From Candidatus Nanopelagicales bacterium (lineage in GTDB: Bacteria > Actinomycetota > Actinomycetes > S36-B12 > UBA10799): DNA of 42,650 nucleotides. The DNA is taken from contig JBIRBF010000002.1 of NCBI GenBank assembly GCA_044326505.1, positions 1-42,650 on the forward strand, in the 5' to 3' direction. The notes under the pieces are model-generated. The model worked only from the letters and a program-made list of their open reading frames with translations, ran no database searches and had not been told where the DNA came from. The translations under genes were made by a program, and so were the position numbers. Position 1 is the first letter of the stretch, and each line of letters starts with the position of its first letter. Positions 25,306-38,751 of the stretch are shown here, piece after piece.

Positions 25306-27279
25306 TCACAACCTCACCAGGAAGAGGAAGCCGACCACGATGAATGCCCCGGCCAGCATCGAAAGCGCATAGGTGCGCGCGTAGCCGGTCTGCCAGCGGC
25401 GCAGGCGGCTCGAGATCCCGCCGATCGTCGCCGCCGAACCGTTGACGAACCCGTCCACCCAGGTGTGGTCGAACCACACCAGCGAGCGGGTGGCGTACTG
25501 CCCCGGTCGCATGAACACGGCCTCGTTGAACGCGTCGCTGTAGAGGTTCGCCCTTGCCGCCCGAGTCAGCCACGACACGTGCTGCGGCGGTGTGAGGGGC
25601 ACGTCGCGGCCGTACTGCTTGGCCGTGAGGAAGACGGCGATGAGCACCAGCACCAGGATCAGGGCAGACATGATCCAGGCCGGGAAGGGCAGCTCGTGCT
25701 CGGTGAAGCCCAGCACCGGTTCCAGCCAATGCTCGAAGCTGCCGTTGTAGGCCAGGATGAAGCCGGCCACGGTGCTGAGCAAGGCGAGGATCGCCATCGG
25801 GATGATCATGGTCTTGGGCGACTCGTGCGGGTGGGCGTCGTCGTTCCAGCGGGCCTTGCCGAGGAACGTCATGACGAAGATCCGCGTCATGTAGAAGCCG
25901 GTGAGCATCGCACCGATGAGCGTGACCATGCCGACCCAGAAGTTCGTCCCGAAGGCGGCCTCGATGATCTTGTCCTTGGAGTAGAAGCCGTCGAACGGTG
26001 GGATGCCCATGATGGCGAGGTAGCCAGCGCCGAAGGTGATGAACGTCACCATCATCACCTTGCGCAGGGCGCCGTAGCGGCGCATGTCCTCCTCGTTGTT
26101 CATGGCGTGCATCACCGAACCGGCCCCGAGGAAGAGGTCGGCCTTGAAGAAGCCGTGCAGGAGGAGATGGAAGATGCCGAAGATGTAACCGGCCGGGCCG
26201 AGGCCCACGGCGACGATCATGTATCCGATCTGGCTCATCGTGGAGCCGGCAAGCGCCTTCTTGATCTCGTCTCGGGCCATTCCGATGATCGCGCCAGCCA
26301 GCAGGCTGATGCACCCGACCACGATGACTACCGTCGAGGCGACGTGGGCCAGGTTGAAGATTGGGTTGGCGCGGGCGATCAGGTAGACGCCCGCGGTCAC
26401 CATGGTGGCGGCGTGGATCAGGGCCGACACCGGGGTCGGGCCCTCCATCGCGTCGAACAGCCAGGCGTGCAGCGGGAACTGCGCCGACTTGGCGCAGGCA
26501 CCCAGGAGCAGCAGCAGGCCGATGATGTTGATCACGGTCGCGCTGGCCTCGGGCGCCGCGGCGAACACCTGCGGGTAGGCGACCGTGCCGAACGTGGCGA
26601 AGATGAGGAAGACGCCGATGGCCAGGCCGAAGTCGCCGACCCGGTTCATCACGAAGGCCTTCTTGGCCGCCGCGGCTGCGCTCGGCTTGTACTGCCAGAA
26701 CCCGACCAGCAGGTAGGAGGCCAGGCCGACGCCCTCCCAGCCGAAGTAGAGCAGGGCGAAGTTGTCCGACAGCACCAGCAGCAGCATCGCGGCGACGAAC
26801 AGGTTGAGGTAGGCGAAGAACTTGCGCCGATCCGGGTCCTCGGCCATGTAACCGACCGAGTAGATGTGGATCAGGCCGCCGACGCCCGTGATGAGAAGCA
26901 GGAAAATCATCGACAGCTGATCGAGTTGGAACCCGACGTCGGCGGTGAACCCGCCCACGTCGAACCACCTGTACAGGTGCTGCGTGACACCGCGCTCCTC
27001 GGCCGGCTTGCCGAGCATGGTGAAGAACATCGCGAGTCCGAGCGCGAACGAGGCCCAGACCATGGCGATGGCCAGCAAGTGGCCCCACTTGTTGGCCCGG
27101 CGCCCGAGCAGCAGCAGGATGGCCGCCCCCGCCAAGGGCAGGGCGATGATGATCCAGACATACGCGAAGATTCCGGTCGCTGGAGCCATCTGCTGCAGTT
27201 CTGCAGCGCCAGCGTCTGGGCCGTTCTCGGCCAGTACGCCCAACGCCGGAGCGGCGGACGCAATCAGAGGTGTGAGCAT
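25306..27279 (-). CDS. nuoL: NADH-quinone oxidoreductase subunit L
   Basis: 657 aa (GWEGVGLASYLLVGFW, SAQFPLHAWLFDAMEGPTPVSALIHAATMV). GAGG about 11 nt before ATG 27279. Starts 5 nt after the nuoK stop. Confidence 0.9.
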   Translation of the reverse strand: MLTPLIASAAPALGVLAENGPDAGAAELQQMAPATGIFAYVWIIIALPLAGAAILLLLGRRANKWGHLLAIAMVWASFALGLAMFFTMLGKPAEERGVTQHLYRWFDVGGFTADVGFQLDQLSMIFLLLITGVGGLIHIYSVGYMAEDPDRRKFFAYLNLFVAAMLLLVLSDNFALLYFGWEGVGLASYLLVGFWQYKPSAAAAAKKAFVMNRVGDFGLAIGVFLIFATFGTVAYPQVFAAAPEASATVINIIGLLLLLGACAKSAQFPLHAWLFDAMEGPTPVSALIHAATMVTAGVYLIARANPIFNLAHVASTVVIVVGCISLLAGAIIGMARDEIKKALAGSTMSQIGYMIVAVGLGPAGYIFGIFHLLLHGFFKADLFLGAGSVMHAMNNEEDMRRYGALRKVMMVTFITFGAGYLAIMGIPPFDGFYSKDKIIEAAFGTNFWVGMVTLIGAMLTGFYMTRIFVMTFLGKARWNDDAHPHESPKTMIIPMAILALLSTVAGFILAYNGSFEHWLEPVLGFTEHELPFPAWIMSALILVLVLIAVFLTAKQYGRDVPLTPPQHVSWLTRAARANLYSDAFNEAVFMRPGQYATRSLVWFDHTWVDGFVNGSAATIGGISSRLRRWQTGYARTYALSMLAGAFIVVGFLFLVRL

Positions 27280-27284
27280 CAGCG

Positions 27285-27584
27285 TCAGTACCTCAGCAGA
27301 CTGGACTCGTCCACCGACGCGGAGCGGCGGGTGCGGAAGATCGTCACGATGATGGCCAGGCCGACCACGACCTCAGCCGCGGCGACGACCATCACGAAGA
27401 ACGCCACCACCTGTCCGTCCAGGGTGCCGTTGGCGTGGGCGAAGGTCACGAACGCCAGGTTCGAAGCGTTGAGCATCATCTCGATGCACATGAACACCAC
27501 GATCGCGTTGCGCCGCACGAGCACGCCGATGGCCCCAAGGCTGAACAGGATGGCCGACAGGACCAGGTAGTGCGTCGAACTCAT
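27285..27584 (-). CDS. nuoK: NADH-quinone oxidoreductase subunit K
   Basis: 99 aa, 3 TM helices, [15 protein letters not shown]. 4-nt overlap with nuoJ. Confidence 0.9.
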   Translation of the reverse strand: MSSTHYLVLSAILFSLGAIGVLVRRNAIVVFMCIEMMLNASNLAFVTFAHANGTLDGQVVAFFVMVVAAAEVVVGLAIIVTIFRTRRSASVDESSLLRY

Positions 27585-28417
27585 CGGCCGCTCACCTCCT
27601 CGTCATCGTCGTGCGGGATGGCGACGTGGCCCTCGGTGACGTCCGCCACCTCGTGCACGTCGACCGGGTCCACGAACCGCACCGAGCCGCGGGCCCGCAG
27701 CGGACCGGGCACCGACTCTGGCGCCGTGGTGCCGTCGGGAAGCAGGGCCGGCGTGTCGACGGCGTTGTGCCGGGCGTAGACGCCGGGCGGGGGCTTGGGC
27801 CCGGGGTAGCCGGGCAGGCTGAAGCGCTCCGTGCTGAGCTCGCGCTGGCTCTTGCGGGCCTCGACCCGCTCGCGGTGGGTGAGCAGCATCGCGCCGAGGG
27901 CCGCCGAGATGAGCAGTGCGGAGGTCAGCTCGAAGGCGAAGACGTAGTTGCTGAACACCAGCGCGCCGATGCCCTGAACGTTGCCCCCGGCGGCCTCGTT
28001 GGCCTCGGTCAAGCCTGCTTCCGGGAGGACCGACGAACCCTTGACGATGGCGCCGATGAGCAGAGCCGCGAAGCCGAAGCCGAACAGGATGGCGGCCACC
28101 CGCTGGCCCCTGATCGTCTCGACCAGCGAGTCCGAGGAGTCCACGCCCACGAGCATGAGCACGAACAGGAAGAGCATCATCACGGCGCCCGTGTAGACGA
28201 TGATCTGCACCATCCCCAGGAACGGCGCCTGCAGCGAGACGTAGAGGATCGCCAGGTTGATCATCGTCATTGCGACCCAGAGGGCGCTGTGCACGGCCTT
28301 GCGGGACAGGATCATGCCGAGCGCGCCGAGAACCGCCAGGAAACCGCAAACCCAGAAGACCCAGGCCTGCCCGGTGCTGTACGGGGACTCGGTGGCGGCG
28401 AGCAGCGCTGATGTCAT
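27581..28417 (-). CDS. nuoJ: NADH-quinone oxidoreductase subunit J (with a long hydrophilic C-terminal tail)
   Basis: 278 aa. N-terminal 5-TM core ([19 protein letters not shown]), operon position between nuoI and nuoK, Pro-rich/acidic C-terminal extension. Confidence 0.85.
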   Translation of the reverse strand: MTSALLAATESPYSTGQAWVFWVCGFLAVLGALGMILSRKAVHSALWVAMTMINLAILYVSLQAPFLGMVQIIVYTGAVMMLFLFVLMLVGVDSSDSLVETIRGQRVAAILFGFGFAALLIGAIVKGSSVLPEAGLTEANEAAGGNVQGIGALVFSNYVFAFELTSALLISAALGAMLLTHRERVEARKSQRELSTERFSLPGYPGPKPPPGVYARHNAVDTPALLPDGTTAPESVPGPLRARGSVRFVDPVDVHEVADVTEGHVAIPHDDDEEVSGR

Positions 28418-28974
28418 GCGGTGCTCTCCTCCTGCCGGGCCTTGGCGGCAGCCATCTGCTCCGCACTCGCCCCTGTCACCCTACCGTCGTAGTAGTCCTG
28501 CGCGTCGGCGCCTTCGACCATCGGATGGGGCGGTGGGACCATGCCCGGAAGGAGCGGCGCGAGCAGGTCCGCCTTCTCGTAGATCAGGTCGCTGCGGTTG
28601 TCGTCGGCCAGCTCGAACTCGTGCGTCATGGTCAGCGCCCGAGTGGGGCAGGCCTCGATGCACAGGCCGCAGAAGATGCAGCGCAAGTAGTTGATCTGGT
28701 AGACGATGCCGTACCGCTCGCCCGGGGAGAAACGCTCCTCGTCGGTGTTCGGCGCCCCCTCGACGTAGATCGCGTCCGCCGGACAGGCCCACGCGCACAA
28801 TTCGCAGCCCACGCACTTCTCGAGGCCGTCGGGGTGGCGATTGAGCTGATGCCGGCCGTGGAACCGGTCGGCGATCTCGGCTGGCTGCTCCGGGTACTGC
28901 ACCGTCGCCGGCTTGCGGAACATCGCCTTGAAGGTGACGCCGAAAGCCTTGACGGCCTGGGGGATCTCAGGCAT
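28414..28974 (-). CDS. nuoI: NADH-quinone oxidoreductase subunit I (2x[4Fe-4S])
   Basis: Motifs [16 protein letters not shown] and [16 protein letters not shown]. Start set at ATG 28974 ([19 protein letters not shown]), 2 nt after the nuoH stop. The longer ORF to 29058 overlaps nuoH. Confidence 0.9.
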   Translation of the reverse strand: MPEIPQAVKAFGVTFKAMFRKPATVQYPEQPAEIADRFHGRHQLNRHPDGLEKCVGCELCAWACPADAIYVEGAPNTDEERFSPGERYGIVYQINYLRCIFCGLCIEACPTRALTMTHEFELADDNRSDLIYEKADLLAPLLPGMVPPPHPMVEGADAQDYYDGRVTGASAEQMAAAKARQEESTA

Positions 28975-30319
28975 CGGGCGCCTCCTTGCCCTCGGGACCG
29001 GCTTCCACCGATGACGGTGCCGTACCGCTAGCGCCCACGGCGATCGGCTCGCCGTCACCCGGCGAGCGCTGCTCCAACTCCGGTTCCACTAGCCGCTGAC
29101 CGGGCAGCGGCGGGACCGGGTAGCCGCCTGCGAACGGGTCGACCGCCTCCGGCGCCGGCGGCACGTACTCGACTGCGGCTCGGCGCTTCTTGGACACAGC
29201 CGTCGCGATCAGGCCGAAGACGGCGAGCAGGACAATGTAGGCGACGGCGATGGACCAGAGGGGCAGGTCGTTGTTGATCATCACGTAGCGGCCGATCGCC
29301 ACGACCACGATCCACAGGATCGCCGCCGGGATCAGGAACTTCCAGCCGAACTTCATGAACTGGTCGTAGCGCATGCGGGGCATCGTGCCGCGCAGCCAGA
29401 CGAAGACGAAGAGGAACGCGAACACCTTCATCAGCCACCACAGCATGGGCCACCAGCCCTCGTTCGCACCGGCCCACAGCGACAGTGGCCAAGGCGCCCG
29501 CCAGCCGCCCAGGAACAGCGTCGTCGCCAGTGCCGAGACGGTCACCATGTTGATGTACTCGGCCAGGAAGAACATCGCGAACTTCAGCGACGAGTACTCG
29601 GTGTGGAACCCGCCGGTGAGCTCGGACTCAGCCTCGGGCAGGTCGAATGGCGCGCGGTTGGTCTCGCCCACCATCGACACCGCGTAGATCATGAACGACG
29701 GCAGCAGCAGGATGATGAACCAGAGCTTGGTCTGGGCATTCACGATGGCCGAGGTGCTCATCGCGCCGGCGAACAGGAAGACCGCGACGAAGGAGAGGCT
29801 CATGGCGATCTCGTAGGAGATCACCTGCGCGCTCGAGCGCAGGCCGCCCAGCAGCGAGTAAGTCGAGCCCGAAGACCAGCCCGACAGCACGATGCCGTAG
29901 ACCCCGATCGACGCGATGGCGACGATGTACAGCACGGCAACCGGGAAGTCGGCCAGCTGCAGCGGGGTGCGGTAGCCGAACATCGACACCTCAGGACCCA
30001 GGGGAATCACGGCGAACGCGATGAAGGCGCAGATCGCCGAGATCAGCGGGGCGATGATGTACACCGCCCGGTCCACCGACTTGGGGAAGATCTCCTCCTT
30101 GAACGCCAGCTTGATGCCGTCCATGAGAGTGACGAGCAAGCCGAAGGCGCCCGCCCGGTTGGGGCCGTAGCGAAGCTGCATACGCGCAACGACGCGGCGC
30201 TCGAACCAGATCGTGATGAGCACGATGAGCACGAGCAGCACGAACAGACCCAGCACCTTGATGAGGGTCAGCCACACCGGGATGGGGCCGAACACCTCCG
30301 GCTGCGCGACGTCGGTCAT
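28967..30319 (-). CDS. nuoH: NADH-quinone oxidoreductase subunit H
   Basis: 450 aa. Motifs: [38 protein letters not shown]. Has a hydrophilic C-terminal extension. Confidence 0.9.
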   Translation of the reverse strand: MTDVAQPEVFGPIPVWLTLIKVLGLFVLLVLIVLITIWFERRVVARMQLRYGPNRAGAFGLLVTLMDGIKLAFKEEIFPKSVDRAVYIIAPLISAICAFIAFAVIPLGPEVSMFGYRTPLQLADFPVAVLYIVAIASIGVYGIVLSGWSSGSTYSLLGGLRSSAQVISYEIAMSLSFVAVFLFAGAMSTSAIVNAQTKLWFIILLLPSFMIYAVSMVGETNRAPFDLPEAESELTGGFHTEYSSLKFAMFFLAEYINMVTVSALATTLFLGGWRAPWPLSLWAGANEGWWPMLWWLMKVFAFLFVFVWLRGTMPRMRYDQFMKFGWKFLIPAAILWIVVVAIGRYVMINNDLPLWSIAVAYIVLLAVFGLIATAVSKKRRAAVEYVPPAPEAVDPFAGGYPVPPLPGQRLVEPELEQRSPGDGEPIAVGASGTAPSSVEAGPEGKEAPDA

Positions 30320-32789
30320 TGCGGACCTCCTGCGGTGAGCCGCACCTCGGCGCCGGCGTCGTGGCCGAACGCGTCGTGGACATGGGAACCAGGTGAGTAG
30401 GTGGGCAGCCAGACGACGTCGTCGGGCATCTCGGTGATCACCAGCGGCAGCGTGATCGAACCGAGTTCGGCGCTCACCGTGACCTCGTCGCCCTCCTCGG
30501 CGCCGATGCGCGCGGCAGTCGCGGCCGAGCAGCGGGCGACGCTGGGCCGACGGGTGGCCGCCAGCGCAGGTTCTCCGACCTGGGTGCTGCCGTCGTCGAG
30601 CAGATGGTGCCAGGTGGCCAGCCGGACGGCGCCGTCGCCAGATCGGGAGTGCTGCGGCGCACGGACGGGCTCGAAGTCCGGCCGAGCGTCATCCCAGGCG
30701 CCAAAGGCATCGAGCTCGTCGGCGGTGAGCAGGTCGCCACGGCCGCCGATGGGGGTGCCCATCTCGTAGGCGATCAGGGCGAGGACCTGGGCATCGGTGA
30801 AGCCAGGCGCCTCACGCAGGACCGCGCCGAAGTCGCGCACGCGGCCTTCCCAGTCGGTGAAGGAGCCGGCGCGCTCGCTGACGACCTTCACCGGCAGCAC
30901 CACGTCGGCGGCCTCTGCGACGACGTCGGCATGGCTGGCGAGCTGGACCACGAAACCGGCGGCTTCGACGGCCTCGCGGGCGGCCCAGGGCTGGGCGAAG
31001 TCCGGGTACTCGATTCCAGCGACGACCAGGGCGTCGATCCGCGCCGGATCGTCCTCCTCGTCGTCCTCTGCTGCGTCGTCCCCGGCCTCGGCCGCAGCGG
31101 CCGCCGCAGCGATTTGGGCGTGCAACTGGTCGAGCACCTCGATCGCCGACCGACCGGGCTGGGAGGGCAGCGCGTCAGCGGCCAGGCCCCACGCGGCCGC
31201 GACTTCGGCGCGCGCCCCCGGGTCCGCCAGTGGACGCCCGCCCGGGAGTACACCCGCGAGCGCACCGGCGTCGAGCGAGCCGCGCTCCCCCGCCCGGCGC
31301 GGCACCCACGCGAGGGCGGCGCCGGTGCTGGTGGCCAGGTCCACTGCGGCCGTGAACGCGCCGGGAACCATCGCCAGTCGCTCGCCGACCAACACCACCG
31401 CGCCCTCTGAGCGCAGCGCCTCAGCGTGCTCGCCATCGACGAGGGCCGCCAGCGCTGCAGCCTCGTCGCCGGGAGCGGTGAGGATCACCTGGGCGCCCGC
31501 TTTGGCGAAGCCCGGCGAGTTCCAGGCCGCGATGGCAACGACCTTCGTGCCCGCAGCCGCTGCCTTGCGTAGGCGCAGGAAGATGATGGGCGATTCCTCT
31601 TCGGGCTCCAGACCCACGAGGACGACCATGGGTGCCGACGAAAGGTCCGCATACGTGGCACCCAGACCGGTGCCGGCGATCTTGGCGGCCAGGAATTCGC
31701 GCTCCTCCGCCGACTGCGGCCGGGCGCGGAAGTCGATGTCGTCGCTGTGCAGCGCTGCACGAGCGAACTTGCCGTAGGCGTAGGCGTCCTCCCGGGTGTG
31801 GCGTCCACCGAGGAGCACGCCAACGTGGCCGCGCGCCGCTGCCAGCCCCTGCGCGGCGACGCTGATGGCCTCCGGCCACGAGGCCTGCCGCAGCTCGCCG
31901 TTCTCGCGCACCAGCGGCACGGTCTGCCGATCTATGCCCAAGTACGGGAAGGCGAAACGGCCCTTGTCGCAGTTCCAGTCCTCGTTGACCGCCGGGTCCT
32001 CGCCAGCCAGCCGGCGCATGATGACGTTGCGGCGGGTATCGGTGCGCAGCGCGCAGCCACTGGCGCAGTGCTCGCAGATCGTCGGCGTGGACACCAGGTC
32101 GAACGGCCGCGCGCGGAAGCGGTAGTCGGCGCTGGTGAGCGCGCCGACCGGGCAGATCTGCACGGTGTTGCCGGAGAAGTACGAGTCGAACGGCTGGCCC
32201 TCGGCGATACCGACCTGCTGCTTGGACCCGCGCTCCAGCAGCTCGATGAAGGCGTCGCCGGCGATCTGGTCGGCGAACCGCGTGCACCTCGCGCAGGACA
32301 CGCAGCGCTCGCGGTCGAGCAGGATCTGGGCCGAGACGTTGATCGGCTTCGGGAAGGTGCGCTTGGTGCCGTCGAACCGGGACTCGCCGCTACCCGCGGT
32401 CATCGCTTGGTTCTGCAGTGGGCACTCCCCGCCCTTGTCGCAGATGGGGCAGTCCAGCGGGTGGTTGACCAGCAGGAACTCCATCACCCCCTTCTGCGCC
32501 ACCTCGGCGACAGTGGAGGTCAACTGCGTGTGAACCTCCATGCCATCGGTAAGCGGGATCGCGCACGCCGGCTGCGGCTTGGGCATGCCCTTGATCTCGA
32601 TCAAGCACATGCGGCAGGCCGCGACCGGGTCCAGCAACGGGTGGTCGCAGAACCGCGGGATCTCGATGCCGATCTGCTCCGCGGCGCGGATCACCAGCGT
32701 GCCCTTGGGCACGACGACCTCGATGTCGTCGATCGTGGCCGTGATCTGGTCGGCGGGGACGACGTCGGAGGAGACGTCGGAGGTGGCGG

Positions 32790-32793
<4 letters not shown>
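30316..32793 (-). CDS. nuoG: NADH-quinone oxidoreductase subunit G
   Basis: 825 aa. N-terminal Fe-S motifs ([46 protein letters not shown]). 4-nt overlaps with nuoF and nuoH. Confidence 0.9.
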
Positions 32794-34090
<1,297 letters not shown>

Positions 34091-34091
<1 letters not shown>

Positions 34092-34786
34092 CAGGCGCCG
34101 CCGTTCTGGCCGTTGGTGCTTGCCGCCGCATCGGCGGCAGCCGCGGCACCCGGTTGGGGCGCCGCCATGCCGCGAGCCTTGGCGGCGCGCAGGCCCACGA
34201 GCATCTTGTCGTCCACGGCCGGCGCAGCAGCCAGGCCGTCGTCGTAGCCCGAGAGTGTGCGCTCGGTGTCTCGGAACGACCGGATGACCGGTCCCCGGGT
34301 GGACAGCACCTCACCACCCGCGCGCAGGGTGGCGATGTGCTCGCGCAGCGACTCGGGGGTCTGGTCGTCCATGAACTCCCAGTTGATCGTCACGACCGGT
34401 GCGTGCGTGCAGGCGGCCTGGCACTCGATCCGCTCGAGGGAGAAGGTGCCGTCCGCGGTGACCTCGTCGTTGCCGACCTCGAGCTCCTCGGTGGCGATGC
34501 GCCACAGCTCGTCACCGCCCAGCATGCCGCAGCCCGGGTTGATGCAGACGCCGATGTGGTACTCGCCCATGTCATGGCGCTTATACATCGTGTAGAACGT
34601 CGCGACCGCGGTCACTTCGGCCGGCGTGAGGTCGACCAACTCGGCACAGGTGGCGATGCCGTCCTCGGTGATGTGACCCTCCTCGGCCTGCACCAGGTGC
34701 AGCATCGGCAGCAGCGCCGAACGCGGCTGCGGATAACGGCCGATGAGCTCGCGCATCTGATCGCGCGCGGCTTGGCTGATGGGCAT
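34091..34786 (-). CDS. nuoE: NADH-quinone oxidoreductase subunit E ([2Fe-2S])
   Basis: Motifs: YPQPRSALLPMLHLVQ, GVCINPGC, ECQAACTHAPV. Ala/Gly-rich C-terminal tail. TGATG junction with nuoF. Confidence 0.9.
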
Positions 34787-34812
34787 CGGTGTCTTCTCCT
34801 GTTCCGACCGCG

Positions 34813-36144
34813 TCAGCGGTCCACCCCGCCCATGACGGGGTCGATGCTGGCCACGGACGCGATGATGTCGGACAGCATCGCCCCCTCGGCCATTGCCGAG
34901 ACGGCCTGCAGGTTGGTGAACGAGGGATCGCGGTAGTGCACCCGGTAGGGCCGCGTGCCGCCGTCGCTGACGATGTGGGCGCCGAGCTCGCCGCGGGGCG
35001 ATTCGACCGCCGAGTAGACCTGGCCCACCGGCACCTGGAAACCCTCCGTCACCAGCTTGAAGTGGTGGATCAGGGCCTCCATCGACGTGCCCATGATCTC
35101 CTTGATGTGGGCCAGCGAGTTGCCCAGGCCGTCGCCTCCGAGGGCCAGCTGGGCTGGCCAGGCGATGTGCTTGTCCGCCACCATCACCGGACCCGGCTCA
35201 AGGCGGTCCAGGCACTGCTCGATGATGCGCAGCGACTGCTCGATCTCGCCCAGGCGGATGAGCCAGCGGCCGTAGCAGTCCGAGCTGTCGGCGGTGACGA
35301 CGTCGAAGTCGTAGGTCTCGTAGCCGGCGTAAGGCGCGGTCTTGCGCAGGTCCCACGGGAGGCCGGTCGAGCGCAGGACGGGGCCGGTGATGCCCAGCGC
35401 AGCGCAGCCGGTGAGGTCGAGGTAGCCCACGCCGACGGTGCGCTGCATCCACACGCCGTTGCCGACGAGCATGTCGGTGGTCTCTTTGCCGTACGCGCGA
35501 AGCTGCGCGACCGCCGCCCGGATCTTGTCCTCTATGCCCTCGGGTAGGTCCACGGCGACCCCGCCGGGGCGGATGTACGCGTGGTTCATCCGGAGGCCGG
35601 TGATCTCCTCGAACAGGTCGAGCACCACGTTGCGGTCGCGGAAGCCCCAGATCATCGGGGTGAGCGCGCCGAGTTCAAGCGCACCCGTGGCCAGCGCCAC
35701 ACCGTGCGACGAGATTCGGCACAGCTCCATCATCATCACGCGGATGACCCGGGCGCGCTCTGGGATCTGGTCCTCGATGCCCAGCAGCCGCTCGACACCC
35801 AGGCAGTACGCCGCCTCGTTGAAGAACGGAGCCAGGTAGTCCATCCGGGTCACGAACGTGGTGCCCTGCGTCCAGGACCGGTACTCGAGGTTCTTCTCGA
35901 TACCGGTGTGCAGGTAGCCGATGGCGCAGCGGGCCTGGGTCACGGTCTCGCCGTCGAGCTCCAGCACCAGACGAAGCACGCCGTGCGTGGACGGGTGCTG
36001 CGGGCCCATGTTGACGACAAGGCGCTCCTGCTCGCCTTCCGGCGGAGCGGTGATCGAGTCCCAATCCTCGCCGCTGACGGTGAAGACGCGGCCCTCAGTG
36101 GTGTCGTAGGACGCGGCCTCCGGCGCCTCGGTGGTGTCGGCCAT
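34813..36144 (-). CDS. nuoD: NADH-quinone oxidoreductase subunit D
   Basis: 443 aa. Motifs: [42 protein letters not shown] at the C-terminus. Confidence 0.95.
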   Translation of the reverse strand: MADTTEAPEAASYDTTEGRVFTVSGEDWDSITAPPEGEQERLVVNMGPQHPSTHGVLRLVLELDGETVTQARCAIGYLHTGIEKNLEYRSWTQGTTFVTRMDYLAPFFNEAAYCLGVERLLGIEDQIPERARVIRVMMMELCRISSHGVALATGALELGALTPMIWGFRDRNVVLDLFEEITGLRMNHAYIRPGGVAVDLPEGIEDKIRAAVAQLRAYGKETTDMLVGNGVWMQRTVGVGYLDLTGCAALGITGPVLRSTGLPWDLRKTAPYAGYETYDFDVVTADSSDCYGRWLIRLGEIEQSLRIIEQCLDRLEPGPVMVADKHIAWPAQLALGGDGLGNSLAHIKEIMGTSMEALIHHFKLVTEGFQVPVGQVYSAVESPRGELGAHIVSDGGTRPYRVHYRDPSFTNLQAVSAMAEGAMLSDIIASVASIDPVMGGVDR

Positions 36145-36863
36145 CAGGAGTACTCCCTGCGCTCGTTCGGGGGCGGCGTGGTGGCGCCCTTGTACTCCAC
36201 CGGGATGCCGCCGAGCGGGTAGTCCTTTCGCTGCGGATGGCCAACCCAGTCGTCCGGCATGAGGATGCGGGTCAGGGCCGGATGGCCGTCGAAGATGATC
36301 CCGAACATGTCGTACGTCTCGCGCTCGTGCCAGTCGTTGGCCGGGTACGTGGCGGTGATGCTGGGAATGTGCGGATCCCCGTCAGGGCAGGTGACCTCGA
36401 CGCGCACGTAGCGCCCCCCATGGGTCATCGAGCGGAAGTGGTACACCGCGTGCAACTCACGATCGGTGTCGTGGGGCCAGTGCACGCCGGACACGCCCAT
36501 GCAGGTCTCGAAGCGGAGTTCCGGGTCATCGCGCAGTGCCCGCACGAAGTCGGGCAGCTGGTCCCGGGCGACCGAGAAGGTGAGCTCGCCTCGATCGACC
36601 ACGACCTTCTCGACTGCGGTGGAGTAGTCCGCGCCCAGCACCGACTCGAGCCGATCAGCGGCCGCGTCGAACCAGCTGCCGTAGGGCCGCTGCGAGGGCG
36701 CCGGCAACACCACCGGCGACACCAGGCCGCCGAAGCCGGACACATCAGGTGATCCCTGGACGCCGAACGCGCCATGGCGGGTGGCGACGACGTCGAGCTC
36801 GATCACCTCAGTGGTCTGGTCGGCGCCGGAGCCGGTGACGATGGTCTCGGGAACTTCGTTCAC
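36144..36863 (-). CDS. nuoC: NADH-quinone oxidoreductase subunit C
   Basis: Motif [20 protein letters not shown]. Start set at GTG 36863 (GTGA overlap with the nuoB stop). The ORF track extension to 37130 lies inside nuoB. Confidence 0.9.
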   Translation of the reverse strand: MNEVPETIVTGSGADQTTEVIELDVVATRHGAFGVQGSPDVSGFGGLVSPVVLPAPSQRPYGSWFDAAADRLESVLGADYSTAVEKVVVDRGELTFSVARDQLPDFVRALRDDPELRFETCMGVSGVHWPHDTDRELHAVYHFRSMTHGGRYVRVEVTCPDGDPHIPSITATYPANDWHERETYDMFGIIFDGHPALTRILMPDDWVGHPQRKDYPLGGIPVEYKGATTPPPNERREYS

Positions 36864-37414
36864 CGCAGCAGACCCTTCATCTCGACGGTCGGCGTCGCGA
36901 CAAGCGCCTGGCGCTCGAACTCGACCACCTCGGCCTGTCGGTCCGAGCCCATCTTGATGTCCTGCACCTTGGTGTGGAGCTTCATGATCGCGTCCATCAG
37001 CTGCTCGGGCCGGGGCGGACAGCCGGGAAGGTAGATGTCCACCGGCACGACGTGATCCACGCCCTGCACGATCGCGTAGTTGTTGAACATGCCACCGCTC
37101 GAAGCGCAGGCACCCATCGAGATCACCCACTTGGGGTTGGGCATCTGGTCGTACACCTGGCGCAGGATGGGAGCCATCTTCTGGCTCACGCGGCCGGCCA
37201 CGACCATCAGGTCCGCCTGCCTGGGGGAAGGCCGGAACACCTCCATGCCGAACCGACCGAGGTCGTAGTTAGCGCCGCCGGTGGACATCATCTCGATGGC
37301 GCAGCAAGCCAAGCCGAAAGTGACGGTCCACATCGAGTTCTTCCGGGCATACCCGGCCAAGCCCTCGACAGTGGTGAGCAGGAATCCGCTCGGGAGCTTC
37401 TCTTCGATTCCCAT
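36860..37414 (-). CDS. nuoB: NADH-quinone oxidoreductase subunit B
   Basis: Motifs: [30 protein letters not shown]. Confidence 0.95.
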   Translation of the reverse strand: MGIEEKLPSGFLLTTVEGLAGYARKNSMWTVTFGLACCAIEMMSTGGANYDLGRFGMEVFRPSPRQADLMVVAGRVSQKMAPILRQVYDQMPNPKWVISMGACASSGGMFNNYAIVQGVDHVVPVDIYLPGCPPRPEQLMDAIMKLHTKVQDIKMGSDRQAEVVEFERQALVATPTVEMKGLLR

Positions 37415-37427
37415 GCGCTATGGCCTC

Positions 37428-37790
37428 CTAGTCCCATTCCAGGCCGCGGCGGCGCCACACGAACAGGTAGGCCACCAGCAACGTTGCGATGAACAGGAGC
37501 ATCTCCACGAGCCCGAACAGGCCGAGCATGTCGAAGGTCAGCGCCCAGGGGTACAGGAACACGATCTCGATATCGAAAACGATGAAGAGCATGGCGATCA
37601 GGTAGTACTTGATGGGGAAGCGGCCGCCGCCGGCGGGCTGCGGTGTCGGCTCGATTCCGCACTCGTACTCGGACACCTTTGCGCGGTTGTAGCGCTTGGG
37701 GCCGGTGAGCGTAGCGACACTGACCGAGAAGACCGCGAAGAGCGCCGCCAGGATCCCCAGGAAGAGGATTCCGAGGGGGACGTTGTTCAC
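37428..37790 (-). CDS. nuoA: NADH-quinone oxidoreductase subunit A
   Basis: 3-TM protein, YECGIEP, FIVFDIEIVFLYPWA. GTG 37790 is preferred (GAAAGGG 8 nt upstream). GTG 37799 is the longest option. Confidence 0.9.
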   Translation of the reverse strand: MNNVPLGILFLGILAALFAVFSVSVATLTGPKRYNRAKVSEYECGIEPTPQPAGGGRFPIKYYLIAMLFIVFDIEIVFLYPWALTFDMLGLFGLVEMLLFIATLLVAYLFVWRRRGLEWD

Positions 37791-37799
37791 GCTGCACAC

Positions 37800-37951
37800 C
37801 CTTTCGTCTCCGCGCGGCTCGCCCGCCGAAGATAGCGCCAGACCCGAGTCCTTGCCTTGATCCTAGGACCCCAGCGGCGGGCATGAGCCGTCCCTGCGGA
37901 ACCCGTTGGCCAGTCTAGCCACCATCGCGGCAATGTGGCCGCCGGATGGTG
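37800..37951 (-). promoter_or_regulatory. nuo operon upstream (promoter) region
   Basis: About 150-nt non-coding gap between the menG stop and nuoA. Minus-strand TANNNT-type hexamers: TATCTT (plus coordinates 37829-37834) and TAGACT (37912-37917). No precise -35 assignable. Confidence 0.3.
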
Positions 37952-38647
37952 TCAGAGCGGCTTGGTCCCCCGGTGCAGCGCGACGATGCCACCGGTCAGG
38001 TTGCGCCAGGCGACCGAATGCCAGCCGGACGCCGCGATGCGCTCGGCAAGCCCGGGCTGGTCCGGCCAGGCCCGGATGGACTCGGCCAGGTACACATAGG
38101 CCGCCGGGTTGCTGGACACCCGCCGGGCGACGGCGGGCAACGCCCGCATCAGGTACTCGGTGTAGGCCGTGCGCAGCGCCGGCTGGGTGGGAGCGCTGAA
38201 CTCGCAGATGACCAGTCGGCCGCCCGGCCGCGTCACGCGCAAGAGCTCGCACAGGCCCGCATCGGTCTGGTTGACGTTGCGAAGGCCGAAGGAGATCGTC
38301 ACGGCGTCGAACGTGTTGTCGGCGAAGGGCAGCGCCAGGGCATCGCCTGCGGTGAAGGGCAACTGGGGCAGCCGCTGCCGACCCACGGCGAGCATGCCGA
38401 GCGAGAAGTCGCATGGCACCGCGAAGGCACCGGCCTCGGCCAGCGGCAGCGTGCTCGTGCCCGTCCCCGCAGCCAGGTCCAGGATCACGTCGCCGATCTG
38501 CGGCGCGACAGCCGCCACAACCGCCTTGCGCCAGGCCCGCGTCTGCCCCGCCGACAGGACGTCGTTGGTCAGGTCGTACCGCGCGGCGACGCCATCGAAC
38601 ATGGCCGCGACGTCGTCGGGGTCCTTCTCGAGCGTGGCGCGGGTCAT
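37952..38647 (-). CDS. menG: Demethylmenaquinone methyltransferase (UbiE/MenG family)
   Basis: Motifs: [44 protein letters not shown]. Start at ATG 38647 with GAGGAG 4 nt upstream. The upstream ORF extension was discarded. Confidence 0.9.
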   Translation of the reverse strand: MTRATLEKDPDDVAAMFDGVAARYDLTNDVLSAGQTRAWRKAVVAAVAPQIGDVILDLAAGTGTSTLPLAEAGAFAVPCDFSLGMLAVGRQRLPQLPFTAGDALALPFADNTFDAVTISFGLRNVNQTDAGLCELLRVTRPGGRLVICEFSAPTQPALRTAYTEYLMRALPAVARRVSSNPAAYVYLAESIRAWPDQPGLAERIAASGWHSVAWRNLTGGIVALHRGTKPL

Positions 38648-38751
38648 GGGGCTCCTCGGCGTGGTTCGAAGTTCTGGGCGCGCCCCGACACCGGCGCGCG
38701 CCCTGACGATACGCGCCTCGGGCGGCCTCCCCGCACGCTCCCCGCACGCCC

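Noticed and set aside
25075-27570. 831-aa plus-strand ORF and a 601-aa out-of-frame minus ORF (25283-27088) across nuoL/nuoM. Comparable ones occur at 22021-23136, 24264-25343, 24088-25098, 27603-28466, 29603-30400 and 31747-32859.
   Set aside because: They overlap unmistakable nuo genes. Their composition is dominated by R/G/D/E/H/P, as expected for wrong frames of about 70% GC DNA, and they have no motifs.
37800-37951. Rex-type redox operator (TGTGA-N-TCACA) upstream of nuoA.
   Set aside because: I read both strands of the gap and no such palindrome is present.
37863-38747. 294-aa minus-strand ORF and plus-strand ORFs (37946-38842, 38169-38783) over the menG region.
   Set aside because: They are alternative frames of the clearly identified UbiE/MenG gene (37952-38647), with Arg/Ala/Gly-rich translations.
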